NCBI GenBank assembly: GCA_977017645.1
Contig: OZ360225.1
Location: 170,004,001 to 170,068,000, forward strand
DNA from: Torpedo marmorata
Lineage: Eukaryota
DNA: 64,000 nt
Direction: 5' to 3'
In this document: positions 12,724 to 25,239 of the stretch, piece after piece
Layout of the letters: every line of letters starts with the position of its first letter
Numbering within the stretch: the first letter of the stretch is position 1
The notes under the pieces: generated by a model
What the model saw: the letters and a program-made list of their open reading frames with translations, nothing else
What the model was told of the DNA's origin: nothing
Database searches by the model: none
Position numbers and translations under genes: made by a program

Positions 12724-13584
12724 CCCCTTTCACACTGGCAACCCACTAAATAGGTGAGTAAACGACCCGGGTAGCAGTACCCGGTGAGCTGTTCACACTG
12801 GACCATGAATTACCTGGTTCATGCGGATATCTTGGATCTAAGGGGGGGCCCAACCTCCAGTGGTGACGTCCCGAGTGACGTATTACATAGTCGCAGGGCA
12901 GTGAAATCGTAGTGGGAATAAAGCACATAAGCGCGCAATGTATAAAAGAGCGTGGGAAAAAACACGCACAATTTAATAAGACATACGCGCGCAATGTATA
13001 AAAGACCGTGGGAAAATTACTGCAGTGGGCTTCAGACTGTTTAAACTTGGGAACTGAGAGGTCATTGGGCTGAGCACTAATGCTAGTTCTGTGATCATAC
13101 TGGGTAAAGAAGAACAACCTAGCATTTACATTGTATTAGGTATTATAAGTAATCTTGAGATGATTTAAAGCACAGGTACGCGCTGACAGCTCCACCGGCC
13201 TCCCTGTGACAACTCCACCGGCCGCGCGCTGACAGCCCCACCGGCCGCTCTGTGACAGCTCCGCCAGTCACTCTGTGACAGCTCCACCGGCCTCCCTGTG
13301 AAATATAACTGCACTGATATTAAAACTATCAGACTGACGCACGCACGCAGGCACTGATGTACCCGGTAGAGCCGGTTGGCCATTCTCATTGCAGTCTACC
13401 AGATACCAAGTCAATTCCGAGTTAACTCGGCCGGGCTCTGATACAACTCCCTACCAAGTGTCAGAGCCTGGTTGATTTTTACCCCCCCTGCCCGGTTGGG
13501 AGCGTTCACACAGGCAGGTGACCTGCTAAATACCTACTAAATTGCCTGGTTCAACCCACGTTATTTGGCAGTGTGAAAGGGGCT
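12724..13584. mobile_element. PIF/Harbinger-like MITE (copy B) with internal tandem repeats
   Basis: TIRs cccctttcacactg / cagtgtgaaagggg; internal gacagctccaccggcc repeats at 13180-13300; homologous to 5102-6300. Confidence 0.7.
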
Positions 13585-15060
13585 ACTGTTAGGTGGGGAG
13601 TTGCCAGATTTTTGAACCAGAGGCGATAAAGGAATAGTGATACTTATGCAAGACAATACAGCATGTGAGCTTGGAGTGGTGATAACTTGGGTGAAAGTAT
13701 TTCCTCCACTTCTCTTAGCTTTCAGAGTTCCAGTCATCTGCTCTTTTCCGATAACACTTGATATTCCTCCTTTTCAAGAATAATATAAATTTGAATATTA
13801 TTCTGAATCTGTTTTTACCATCCTTACTCTAAAAATTTGGTGTGAAAATGTTTTGATCTCTCTAGTCTTTGACTTAAATATTATAACTTTGTTTTAAAAA
13901 GCTCTAGAAAAGGTAAAAATTGTAACTTTATAAACATATTGAACAACATTGAATACAAACCTACTATAAGGTGGAAACCTACAGTTTTGTTTTTGTTTTG
14001 CACATGGCTTCAAAGACATTTGATTCAAGGATACACAAAAAGACATGAATATCTAATTCAGGACTCTGACCTCTCTCATGCAAATAACAAGATCAGAAAT
14101 CATGCAAAGAACACCAACTTATGCCTGTTGCTGTCTTTTTTGTAGAAAACAACTCAAGGTATTTCAGAGAGGGGTAATCAAAAAAAAAGCTGAGCCATAA
14201 ATCTTAGAAAGGTCTTAGAGAAGGTAAACAAGGTGAGAGGCAAAAAGTCGGTTCTAACTGGCCAAAACCAATTCCAAAATTAGTGGATGAAAGGGATGTG
14301 CCAGTCTTAGAGGAACACACAGATCTCAGGAGCTTCTAAGATGTAGGAGGTAATACAGCAAAGTAGGTTTGTGGTCTTAGGTAATTTAAGGGGAAATTAA
14401 GGATGAGTATATTTAGTGTGTAACATTGGAGGATTTATTGCCATTTTAAATTAATGGGCTCGGGAATATTTGCAGGAATGGTTTGCAGATCAAGCAAATT
14501 TGTAACGTATGGTCAAATCCAATGGAGAACCTAAATGATGGCAAAGGAAATCTGAACTATTGGAGGTCCAGACCTGAAGTTTAGATCCACTTCACTGTCA
14601 CTTCTCTTCCATGAATGTCAACCTTGAAGTATCTGCCTCTCTCACAGTTCTGATGGGTCTTAACATTTAATAACACTTCATTTCTCTTTCACTTTCTTCT
14701 ATCTAGCTGCTTTCAGAGCTTTCTGTTTTTATTAAAGAAGTTTAGTACATGAGTTGATGTCTCTGGTTCAGAAGATCATGATACATACTGGATGTTTGCT
14801 GGCTTGTGCAGTACAGAGGTACTTGTGCATTGTTAGAGGTTCTGTTTTTAGAGAGTTTGTGAGACTGAGGCCTCGGCTTCCCTCTTTAACATAAAAGATA
14901 AAAAGACACCATCTGAAGAGGAGTTTTCCTCATACTGTAGACTATGTTAACCCCTCAATGAACATCATTAAATTAACAGTACTGCACAGACTAGCTAGAC
15001 TCACTTATTTATGTACAATAATCTTCTGAACCAGAGACATCAGTGCTACTAACTAGTGCA

Positions 15061-16398
15061 CTGAATTCAGATTTCAGATTTCAGATTTATTGTCAGAGGA
15101 CATACATGACGTCACATACAACCCTGAGATTCTTTTTCCTGCGGGCACAGCAGAATTACCACTAATTGGTAGTGCAAAAGTAAACTGTACACAGAGTAAA
15201 CAAGTAAACAATCAAAAGAACTGCCAACAGGTAACAAATGAAACTGAAAATGGAACTGACTGTGCAATACAGAGAGAGCAAAGAAAAATCAATAAAGTGC
15301 ACGGTTAAGAGTCCTTAAATGAGCCTCTGATTTGACTTTGTCGTGGAGGATTCTGATGGTAGAGGGGTAGCAGCTGTTCCTAAATCTGGTGGTGTGAGTT
15401 TTCTGGCACCTATACCTCTCTTCTGATGGCAGCAGTGAGAGCAGAGCGTGCGCTGGGTGGTGTGGGTCTTTGATGGTTGCTGCTGCCCTCCGACGGCAGC
15501 ATTCCCTGTAGATGTACTCAATAGTGGGGAGGGTTTTGCCAGTAATGTCCTGGGCTGTGTCCATACCTTTTGGAGGGCTTTACGCTCAGGGGTATTGGTG
15601 TTCCCATACCACACCATGATGCAGCCGGTCAGCATACTTTCCACCACACATCTGTAGAAATTTGCCAGGGTTTCTGGTGTCATACCAAACCTTTGCAAGC
15701 TCCTGAGGAAATAGAGGCGCTGACGTGCTTTCTTCACGATGGCATTGGTGTGTTGGGTCCAGGAAAAATCCTCCGAGATAGTGACTCCCAAGAACCTAAA
15801 TTTGCTCACCCTCTCCACCTCTGATCCCCCAATGATCACTGGATTGTATACCTCTGGCTTTCCTTTCCTGAAGTCAACAATCAGCTCCTTAGTTTTAGTG
15901 ACATTGAGTGCAAGGTTGTTGTTGGTGCACCATTCAGCCAGGTTTTCAATCTCCATCCTGTATGCTGACTCATCCCCTTCTTTTATACAACCTACTACCA
16001 TGGTATCGTCGGCAAATTTGTAGATGGTGTTATTGTCATACCGAGCTACACAGTCATAGATGTAAAGTGAGTAGAGCAGGGGGCTAAGAACACAGCCCTG
16101 TGGTGCTCCGGTACTGATGGAGATTGTGGAGGAGAAGTTCTTACTTCAACCACGGTGTCTACAGATTTTCGTGTTTACTTTTCTTACCAATCTGCACTGA
16201 TTGTGGTCTGGAGGTGAAGAAATCCATGATCCAATTACGCAGTGGGGTGTTAACTCTCAGGTCTTGGAGTTTGCTGATCAGTTTTGAGGGGATGATGGTC
16301 TTAAATGCCGAACTGTAGTTGATAAAGAGCATTCTGATGTATGCATCTTTGCTGTCCAGGTATTCCAGGGCTTTGTGTAGGGCCAGTGAGATAGCCCT
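15061..16398 (-). mobile_element. Rex1/Babar LINE, 5'-truncated (RT and C-terminal domain)
   Basis: ORFs GAPQGCVLSP, KFADDT, KTKELIVDF, KARQRLYFLR; 3' tail gacaataaa(tctgaaa)n. Confidence 0.9.
16141..16180 (+). mobile_element. 40-bp Penelope extreme 3' end inserted in Rex1
   Basis: ttacttcaaccacggtgtctacagattttcgtgtttact flanked by duplicated ttcttac. Confidence 0.7.
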
Positions 16399-16856
16399 AC
16401 ACAATTATTGTAATGCTCATTTATTTCATTTACATTAATGGCACTTAGCCATACATTATTTGGATTTTGGTCTTTGCTACAATTTTAAACTAACTGCACT
16501 TCATTAATGTTCAGTTGGATGTAAAGCATTTTGAGGTGTCTTAAAGCTGTAAAAGATACAATGTAAGTGTAAAATTTCTCTGTATATGCTGATAGATTGG
16601 AACAGTCTTCTGTATCCAGAAAAATGCTAAAGAAATATTTTCTATTGTAACATTGCATAATCAAGCAGTACTTGTACTGATAAAAAAATATCCATTATGT
16701 ATTTTATTCCTCCATGCTTCACTTCTCCTCATTATCCAGTGTCAGAAACCCTTGCATCATGCAGAAAATGTAAGAGCAGAAGAGAATTGGACATGGGTAA
16801 TAACAGCTGCTCTTCATTGTTAAAATTAACTGGTGCACAGGCTGGGACCAGTTAAT

Positions 16857-17180
16857 TATGTAGATAATAGACAATAGGTGCAGGAGTAGACCATTCGGCC
16901 CCAAGCCAGCACCGCCATTCACTGTGATCATGGCTGATCATCCACTATCAGTACCCCGTTCCTGCCTTCTCCCCATATCCCTTGACTCCGCTATCTTTAA
17001 GAGCTCTGTCTAATTCTTTCTTGAAAGCATCCAGAGAATTGGCCTCCACTGCCTTCTGAGGCAGAGCATTCCACAGATCCACAACTCTCTGGGTGAAAAG
17101 GTTTTTCCTCAACTCCGTTCTAAATGGCCTACCCCTTATTCTTAAACTGTGGCCTCTGGTGCTCGACTCCCCCAACATCG
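16857..17180 (-). mobile_element. CR1-type LINE 3' end
   Basis: ORF TRGHSLRI...FTQRVVDLWNALP...FKKELD; 3' UTR ggccgaatggtctactcctgcacc. Confidence 0.9.
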
Positions 17181-17359
17181 AGATCTTGTAGACTTATACA
17201 GAAAGGTCACATACTTTCCTGGAATCTGTACATTTAAGTTTAAGTAAAAATAAACGTAGAACTACCATCATCACAGATTACATGAACTCAACACAAGTCA
17301 GAGGAACAGCTCCTCACCTTCAAACCCAGGGCTATTACAATCTTCTAGATTCAACTCTT

Positions 17360-19935
17360 GAGTTCAACAACTTTGATAAATTGCATTTCATGCTCCCCAA
17401 AATGGGCTTTGGGGTGGGAATCCGAAATTGGATTCAACTGCTCTACACGGACATCCATAGTGCAGTTCAAATCAATGGGTGGGAAACAGAGCTTCCTCAA
17501 AAAGTCTAGAGTCAGGCAGGGTTGCCCGTTCTCTCCAGTCTTATTTGTACGCTGCATGGAGCACTTTGCTGAATCTATCAGTAGGCATGAGGGCATAAGA
17601 AGGGTGACGTTGCCAGGCAGTGGAGGCACTCAGGTCAAAGTCTCACTGTACATGGACGACGTTGCTGTCTTCTGTTCAGACACATGATCAGTTCGTAGAC
17701 TGATCAGCATCGGAGGCCAGTTTGAGTTGGCATCGGGTGCCAGGGTAAACCAGCAGAGTGAGGCAATGCTCTTTGATAACTGGTCTGACCAGTCTGTCAT
17801 CCGCTTCACAGTCAGATCTGACCACCTGAAGGTGTTGGGGATCTGGTTTAGAGACGCTGAGGTGTGCAACAAAAATTGGTTGGAGCAGATTGCACAGGTC
17901 CACCAGAAAATGGGTCTGTGGGTGTGGTGCTACCTCTCAACAACAGTGAAGAACCTGGTCATCGGGTGTGAAGTGCTCTCGGTACTGCTGTACGTGGCGC
18001 AGGAGTGGCCCATTCCCCACACCTCCACCCTGGAGGTCACCAGAGCAGTCTTCCGGTTCATATGGGGATCCAAAATGGAAAGTGTCCAAAGGATCACCAT
18101 GCACAAGTGGCCAGACAACGGGAGCAAGGGCATACCCCATGTGGCCCTCATCCTGATGACCACCTTTGTGTGTGGCTGCATCAGGCTGGGCATGGAACCA
18201 AAGTACAAGGGCAACAAATGCTACTCTGTGCTGATGTTCTACCTGTCCCAGGTGTTGCAAAGGTTGGGCCTGGACCCATTGCTGCACACTGTCCCAGTCA
18301 TTACCACACTACCTATCCTTTGTGGAAAAGTTTTTCCAGACAAATACCTTTGACTGGAAGTCCATCAGGCAGTGGTCAGCACGGAAGATGCTGCAGACAA
18401 TCAGGGACAAGGATTTGATGGATACTGTGGGTGGGTCCCTGAGCAGACTGTCCAGGTCATCTGGTGAATGCCTCATTGCCAGTGCTCACTGATAAGCACC
18501 AGGACTTGACCTGGCTGGCAGTGAGAGGAGCCCTCCCAGTCAGATCCTTCCTGTACGACCGGAACATCACCAACAACTTACATTGTCCCCGAGATAACTG
18601 CAGTGGAGTGGAGAGAGTAACTGGAGGCAGAATGCGGATTCACTATGAGTGTGCGGAGAAGGATGCAAGGGTCCTTGTCACTGTTCATCCTCAGCAGCAA
18701 CGTGACAGAGGAATCTGATTATTTTCAGGCTGTTCTCGGGGATGCATGCAGAGACAGACATCCGGAGCTGCTGTAAGATCATCAACAAAGGTGCCCTTTG
18801 GTCTCCCCAAAACTTGCTTGTCTTTCAGCACACGGAGATGTCGGTGAGGGCAGCCGCCCAGTCGACTGCTGTCAGTTCCGCACGGGCTTTGAACGGCCCG
18901 TTAAAGGAGCCGACGGTGGTTTTATTCAAGATCCCGCGACCGCGGTGTCTGCGCCCAAGATGGCAGCGCCTTTTAACCGGCAGCAGCCACGAGGGGCTGC
19001 AGACTCCGGGGAAGCGGAGGACTGGAGCAGGGCACCAGAGGACAGGAAGATCACCCCCCGTCTGAGAAGAAGAAGCGGAGGAGACGACCCACGGGACGGT
19101 GACCACGGCGGCGGACCGGTGAGGGGTTCTGAGGCTGAAGGACTAGTGCATGCGGCAGGCTGCTGGCGACTCGAGGCAAGGAACCCGCGGAGGCTGTGGG
19201 CTGCTGGAGACTGCTGTCGGGGGTCTCACGCCGGGCTGCGGACTGCTGGAGGTTGGCTCGAACTGGCTGGAGGAGTACCAGGTATCGGAACCGGGATGCG
19301 AGGGGGTGCCAAGGGCGCCCTGACCGTGTTGGAGGTTCGGATCTGGAGCTTGGGTTGCCGATGGTTTGGACTGGACTCTGTGTGGCTGTGGAGGCCGCGG
19401 AAGCGCTGGAGGCGAATCTACGGACACTCGGTGACTCTGGGGGGACTCTCTTTTGCTTCTCTTTCTCTGACTGTAAGGAATGTTAGAGGTGCTTAGGCAA
19501 TTTCTGCTGGTGGCGAATCTGTCTGCCTTGCAGCAGGCAAAAAGAAATTTCATGGATAATGACACTGTCTTATTACTATGACAATGAATTGAATCTTGAA
19601 TGCTGCCGACTGGCACATTCCATTCTGCAGGAGTAATTGCTGAGGGACGCACTGAGGCTTGATGCAGTCAACGCAAGAGCGCTGAATGGAAGGATCACAG
19701 TCCAGAGTCCTTCTGTTGTTGGGTATTGAGGGGCTGAGACCGAGGAGAAGTCCCTCAAACAACAGAGGGGAAGCAACTACAAGGTGCCACAGTGGTGGCA
19801 ACAGTGCTAAATAGAGAATGAATGTAACAATGTACATTAATGGAAATGTATGGATATGACAGTAAGGATGTGAAACAACTTTGGTTTTCTTTTTTGTAAA
19901 TCACTTATTATGAATAAAGTTTATTTTGGGGGGAA
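17360..19935 (+). mobile_element. Tx1-like (L1 group) LINE fragment, interrupted by GC-rich copy 2
   Basis: VRQGCPFSP, LYMDDV, ASGARVN, C-terminal Cys motif; 3' UTR with aataaag. Confidence 0.85.
18851..19600 (+). mobile_element. GC-rich retroposon copy 2 (5'-truncated)
   Basis: Homology to copies 1 and 3; splits the Tx1 site gtgaggg|aatgctgccg (empty site visible at ~20730-20760). Confidence 0.9.
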
Positions 19936-20235
19936 AGATTCTCACATTCTGTTTCAAATTTACTGCAGTCACTTCACATACTTCTGGCAATTTCAGGCAA
20001 TTCGTCTACATTAACACCTTTTTTGGATGATCCTTTATTTCTTACATTATGGAAACTGACCCCTTGGCCCAACTTGTCTATGCCAACCTAGTGTCTACCT
20101 AACCTAATTCCATTTTTCTTGCGTTTGGCCCATATTCCCCTAAATCTTAAGACACACTGATGGTAGAATTTGGAGCAACAAGCAACCTGCAGGAGGAACT
20201 CAGTAGGTCGAGTAGCATCAGTGGTAGGAAAAGAT

Positions 20236-21175
20236 TCATTTTCCAAAAATAAACTTTATTCACAATAAAATTATGTACAAAAGAAAACCATGCAAAGTTT
20301 TTTTGCATCCTTAGTGTCACATTCATGCATTCCATTGCTGTATATTGTTACATTCATTCTTTAATTTGATACATAGCCCTGTTGCCACTTGTGTGGGAGA
20401 ATTTTTTTTTACCAAAAATAGACTTTATTCACAATAGCATTTACAAACAGAAAACTGTTGAAAGTCTCTTCCCACCATTGGTTTTGTATCCATACATTTC
20501 CATCACTGTACATTGTTACATTCATTTCTATTTAGCAGCATTGCCACCACTGTGGCACCTTGTCGTTACTCCTCCCTCTGTTGTTTGAGGGGCTTCCCCT
20601 TGGCCTCAGACCCTCAATGCCCAGTAATAGAAGGATTCTAGACTGCGGTCCTTCCCCACAGGGCTCTTGCGTTGGCCGCGCCAAGCCTCAGTGCGTCCCT
20701 AAGCACGTACTCCTGCAACCTGGAATGTGCCAGTCGGCAGCATTCCCGCACTGACATCTCAGTGTGCTGAAAGGCCAACAGGTTTTCTGGCAGATCAAAG
20801 TTTGTCTTTCGCCGAGTACATGGTCTTCCAGCAATTCTCGACGTCTGACTCTGTGTGCACCCCGGGGAACAGCCCGTAAATCAGAGAGTCCTCTGTCACA
20901 CTGCTGCTGGAGATAAACCGTGACAAGGACCCTTGCATCCCTCTCCACACACTCTTTGCGAATCTCCATTCTGCAAAAAGGTGGGCGACTGTCTCCACTC
21001 CACCGCAGTCATCTCGGGGACAATGTGCGTTGTGGGCGATGTTCTAGTTCTACATGAAGGATCCAACTGGAAGGGCCCCTCTCACCACCAGCCAGGCCAC
21101 ATCCTGGTGCTTGTTCGTGAGCACTGGCGATGAGGCATTCCGTCAGATGAACTGGATGGTCTGCTCCAGGAACTA
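20236..21175 (-). mobile_element. Tx1-like LINE 3' fragments
   Basis: METVAHLFAEW...CWKT; homologous to 18440-19930; two tandem 3' UTR pieces. Confidence 0.8.
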
Positions 21176-21189
21176 CCCCTCTGTGTCTG

Positions 21190-22197
21190 ATCCTCATCTC
21201 TCAGTGTTTTGCAGGAGAAAAGGAATGGTTAATGTTTCATTCCGGAACCCTTGATCAAGACTGAGAGTGCAGAGGGGAAGATAGCCAGTATAACACAGAC
21301 AGGGTAGGAGGGGTTGAATAGGGACCATTGGGGGATAGGTGAGCTGGGGAGGGATGAAGGATGACACACAGAGGCATTTAATTAGCAGGACCCAGTCAAA
21401 GGGAGAGAGAGGTAAGGGAATCAAAAAGGGGTCAATTGGAAGATGAGTATACAGAGTGGAGCGGGATAATAACACTGGACAATGAAGATTTTGCTTCCTG
21501 AACACTTGTGCATTTTCTTGATTTTGGGCTGCTGATCACGAAAATTACCTTAAAATTTTCCTATCACGAACCATTTTTTAGATATAACCTATTTCTGTGA
21601 TTTCCTGTCATATTTTTAACAGGCAAAACATTTTTAGGTCAGTTGAACTAATGCAATGTGTCAGCATTATTATGCGATTAAACATACTAAATTTAATAAA
21701 AGTTAATTTAATGTTTTTCCAACTTCTTACGTGATATAGCAAATCTGAAATTATCTTTGTGTTCAGCTTGAAGGTGTCTATCACAATCCTCATTTTTTTT
21801 CAGGAAGCAAACCTTTTGAAAAAAATTGTTGTCCAGTGTAAGTGGAGACAAAGGCTGCAGGTTCTGGAATCTGATAAGGAGAAGGTGACAATAGTGGTAT
21901 AATGACAGCTATTAGGGAAGAACTGCTGGCGAAGGACAGACAGGACCAGGTGAACCCGAAGAGGGGGAGGGGGGTAGAATTCTGCAGGAAAATGTGGGTG
22001 GAAGAGAGTGGAACCAGAGAGGTAGGGGGATGGGTGAGTGGGGGGGAGGGGGGAGGCTGCGTGGGAAAGGGGACAAAAATGGGACCGGGAGAGGGGGAAG
22101 AACGGAAACAGCTCAGAAGAAAACTCATTGCCTGAAATTGAAAAATTCAATATTCATACATTGAGCCCATTTTCTCCTACTAAAATGCTGCTCTACC
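21190..22197 (-). mobile_element. Old Penelope-like 3' region, interrupted by a MITE
   Basis: Degenerate cttgatcaagggttccggaatgaaac motif; pyrimidine-rich body; atgaatattgaatttttc similar to the Penelope ORF end. Confidence 0.55.
21473..21838. mobile_element. TIR DNA transposon remnant (MITE)
   Basis: TIRs cactggacaa / ttgtccagtg plus subterminal ttgcttcctga / tcaggaagcaa. Confidence 0.65.
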
Positions 22198-22393
22198 TGA
22201 GTACAGTTTTTACACTACAAAAAAAGAAAAAAAAGGAAAAGAAGAAAAAAAAGAAAAAAAAGAAAAAAAAAGAAAAAAAAGAAAAAAAAAGAAAAAAGTG
22301 GTAATTCTGCCTCACTCACAGGAATAAAGAATCTAAGGGTTGTATGTGATATCATGTATGTACTCTGAAAATAAATCTGAACTTTGAACTTTT
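22198..22393 (+). mobile_element. Rex1 3' UTR fragment with expanded (A)nG purine tract (22219-22297)
   Basis: Matches the Rex1 3' UTR at 29440-29561; tail aataaatctgaactttgaacttt. Confidence 0.8.
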
Positions 22394-22549
22394 TAAATAT
22401 GAACTTTGGAATCAAATTTCAGAAACAGAGTAATATGTAGCAGCTGCCATAAAATAAAACATTTAGCACAAACAATGCAGATCAAATCTTTACCCAAAGA
22501 ATATGTGCATGGGATTGCAGAGAGCTGTGGAAAGTGGCAGGCATAGATA

Positions 22550-22970
22550 GTCACATCCATCAGGGTCACTGACCTCGCGTCCATTAAAGTCATCTCTGTG
22601 AGGCGCTGCCTCCAGAAGGTAGTCAATATCACAAAGGATTCCCCATCACCCTGGTCACATTGTCTTCTTGCTGTTACCTTCAGATAGAAGGTACAGAAGT
22701 CTAAAATATGGAACCCCAAAATTCAAGAACAGATTTTGTTTTACAAAGCTCTTGAACCTCCCTGCGCTACCCTCAACATGATACGATTCCAAGGCCACCA
22801 AAGCTCTGTCTGCACCATTGAAACAGCACTGAAACTGTGAGTATTTACTGAATCTATTTATACTTTTATATTTATTTAACTTTTTCTCTTGTGGTGCATT
22901 GTGTTAATTTAATTTATTCTTATTGCTTGTTTTTCCTACCTGTATAGTTACAGCAAGCATGAATTTCACA
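22550..22970 (+). mobile_element. Old Rex1-like LINE 3' fragment
   Basis: Decayed RRCLQK...ITKDS.HPGH...F.NRFF motifs. Confidence 0.6.
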
Positions 22971-22986
22971 GTATCCATGCCAGGAC

Positions 22987-23230
22987 GGCATGGTTAGCAT
23001 AGCAGTTAGCGCAATGCTGCAACATGGCTGCAATCGGGACCAGGGTTCGAATCCCGCACTGACTGTAAGGAGTTTGTACGTTCTCCCCGTGTCTGCATGG
23101 GTTTCCCTGGGAGCTCCGGTTTGCTCCCAACCTTTAAAACATACTGGGGGTTGTAGGTCAATTGGGTGTACTGGGCGGCACGGGCTAATGTGCTGAAAGG
23201 GCCTGTCACCGTGCTGTATGTCTAAATTTT
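22987..23230 (+). mobile_element. tRNA-derived V-SINE (HE1-like)
   Basis: B box ggttcgaatccc; V-domain gtttgtacgttctccccgtgtctgc; CR1-like tail aagggcctgtcaccgtgctgtatgtcta. Confidence 0.9.
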
Positions 23231-23267
23231 TTTTTTAAATGATTGATGTATATGGCTTCGAGGGCTT

Positions 23268-23408
23268 CATACCTCGAAGAAGGGCTCAGGCCTGAAACGT
23301 CGGGTAATATATCTTTACCTCCTATGGATGCTGCGAGACCGGCTGAGTTCCTCCAGCATTTCTGTGTTTTTACTACAATCACAGTATCTGCAGACTTTCA
23401 TCTTTCAC
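23268..23408 (+). mobile_element. Penelope 3' end with variant hammerhead motif
   Basis: catacc-tcgaaga-agggctcaggcct-gaaacgtc...ctccagcatttctgtg. Confidence 0.75.
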
Positions 23409-23784
23409 ATTTGCGCAGGGCCTGGTTATTTATCCGCCATATGTCTTTTAAGATTTTCAGTACCTCCTCTTCTATAATGTGAACCCTCCACGACATCACT
23501 ATTTATCTCCCTGAATTTCCCTAGCATTAATGTCTTTCTTCACAGTAATTACAGATAAGAAATATTTGTTTAAGACCTTGCTCATCTCCTGTGGCTGGAC
23601 ACATAGAAAGCTACATTAATCCTTAAAGGGCCCTATTTTCTCTCTGGTTTATCATGTAATTTAATCTTTTTTATCTTTCATCCTATCCCTTTGGTTCTTT
23701 CTATCCCCTGTGCTCTCACTGTAGCTTAGAATGTGTTTCAGTTATTTCTATTCACTGCTCTTTCAAAAAGAATTAACTTGAAAC

Positions 23785-23975
23785 AACAGACCCAACCACC
23801 ACCCTTCTCCGGCTGGCAGAACGTGTCCTCACCCTCAATAACTTCTCCTTTGACTTATCCCACTTTCTCCAAATCAAAGTGGTAGCCATGGGTCTCTGCA
23901 TGGGCCACAGATATGCCTGCCTTTTTGTTGGCTATGTTGAACAATCCATGCTACAAGCCAACACAGGCAAGGCTC
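23785..23975 (+). mobile_element. Penelope RT fragment
   Basis: LAERVLTLNNFSF...VAMG..MG..YACLFVG; homologous to 49040-49215. Confidence 0.8.
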
Positions 23976-24484
23976 ACAAAAAACCACCAGGACTTGGCCT
24001 GGCTGGCGGTGAGAGGAGCCTTCCCACTCAGATCCTTCCTGTACGACCGGAACATCACCCACTACCATGTGTCCCCGAGATGACTTCAGTGGAGTGGAGA
24101 CAGTCCCCCACCTCTTTGCTGAATGCAGATTCGCTAAGAGTGTGTGGAGAAGGACGTGAGGGTCCTTGACACATTTCATCCCCAGCAGCAGCATGATAGG
24201 GGCCACTCTGATCTACGGGCTGTACCCGGGGAAGCACACAGAGTTAGACATCCAGAACTGCTGGAAGACCATCAACTCGGTGAAAGACGCACTTTGGTCT
24301 GCCCGACTGGCGCATTCCAGGCTGCAGGAGTATGTGCTGAGGGACGCACTGAGGGTTGGTGCAGTCAATACGAGGGTGCTTTGGGGAAGGACCGCAGTCT
24401 ACAGTCCTCTCATTACCGGGCAGTGAGGGGCTGAGACCGAGGGGAAGTCCCTCAAACAACAGAAGGGGGCGAACTGACAAGGTG

Positions 24485-25132
24485 GCACAGCGATGGCAAT
24501 GGTGTAATTAAATGTAACAATGCACAGCGAAGGTAATGGTGTAATCAAATGTAACAATGCACAGCAGTAAAACACGAAAATCTGTAGACACCATGGTTGA
24601 AGTAAAAAACACAAATGCTGGAGAACTCAGCAGGTCAAACAGTGTCTTTTATGTAGCAAAGGTAGAAATACATAAGCGACGTTTCGGGCTTGAAGGGCTC
24701 AAGCCCGAAACGTCGCTTATGTATTTCTACCTTTGCTACATAAAAGACACTGTTTGACCTGCTGAGTTCTCCAGCATTTGTGTTTTTAACAATGCACAGC
24801 GATGGTAATGGTGTAATCAAATGTAACAACGCACAGCGATGGTAATGGTGTAATCAAATGTAACAATGCACAGCGAAGGTAATGGTGTAATCAAATGTAA
24901 CAATGCACAGCGATGGTAATGGTGTAATCAAATGTAACAACGCACAGCGATGGTAATGGTGTAATCAAATGTAACAATGCACAGCGATGGTAATGGTGTA
25001 ATCAAATGTAACAACGCACAGCGATGGTAATGGTGTAATCAAATGTAACAATGCACAGCGAAGGTAATGGTGTAATCAAATGTAACAATGCACAGCGATG
25101 GTAATGGTGTAATCAAATGTAACAATGCACAG
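24485..25132 (+). repeat. 37-bp minisatellite (aacaatgcacagcgatggtaatggtgtaatcaaatgt), ~11 units, split by the Penelope hairpin
   Basis: Direct tandem units at 24788, 24825, 24862 and onward; no spacers. Confidence 0.95.
24567..24787. mobile_element. Perfect-hairpin Penelope insertion (inverted 3' ends)
   Basis: ~88-bp perfect inverted arms around aggg; flanked by aacaatgcacagc on both sides. Confidence 0.9.
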
Positions 25133-25239
25133 TGGCGGGAATGTATGGATATGAAAGTAAGGGTGGGATCAGACCGAACGGTTTTCCTTTTGTAAATAAT
25201 TTATTGTGAATAGAGTCTATTTTTGGTGTAAAAAAAAGG

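Larger units (their letters stand above)
23976..25230 (+). mobile_element. Tx1-like LINE 3' fragment with expanded 3' UTR minisatellite
   Basis: HQDLAWL...CWKTINSVKDALWSAR; 3' UTR homologous to 19700-19930. Confidence 0.8.

Noticed and set aside
22219-22297. Poly-lysine ORF
   Set aside because: It is a simple A-rich slippage expansion inside a Rex1 3' UTR.
22987-23065. tRNA gene
   Set aside because: It is the Pol III head of a V-SINE with no intact cloverleaf.
24788-25132. 37-bp repeats resembling a CRISPR array
   Set aside because: Units are contiguous with no unique spacers, there are no cas genes, the DNA is eukaryotic, and the unit derives from a LINE UTR.
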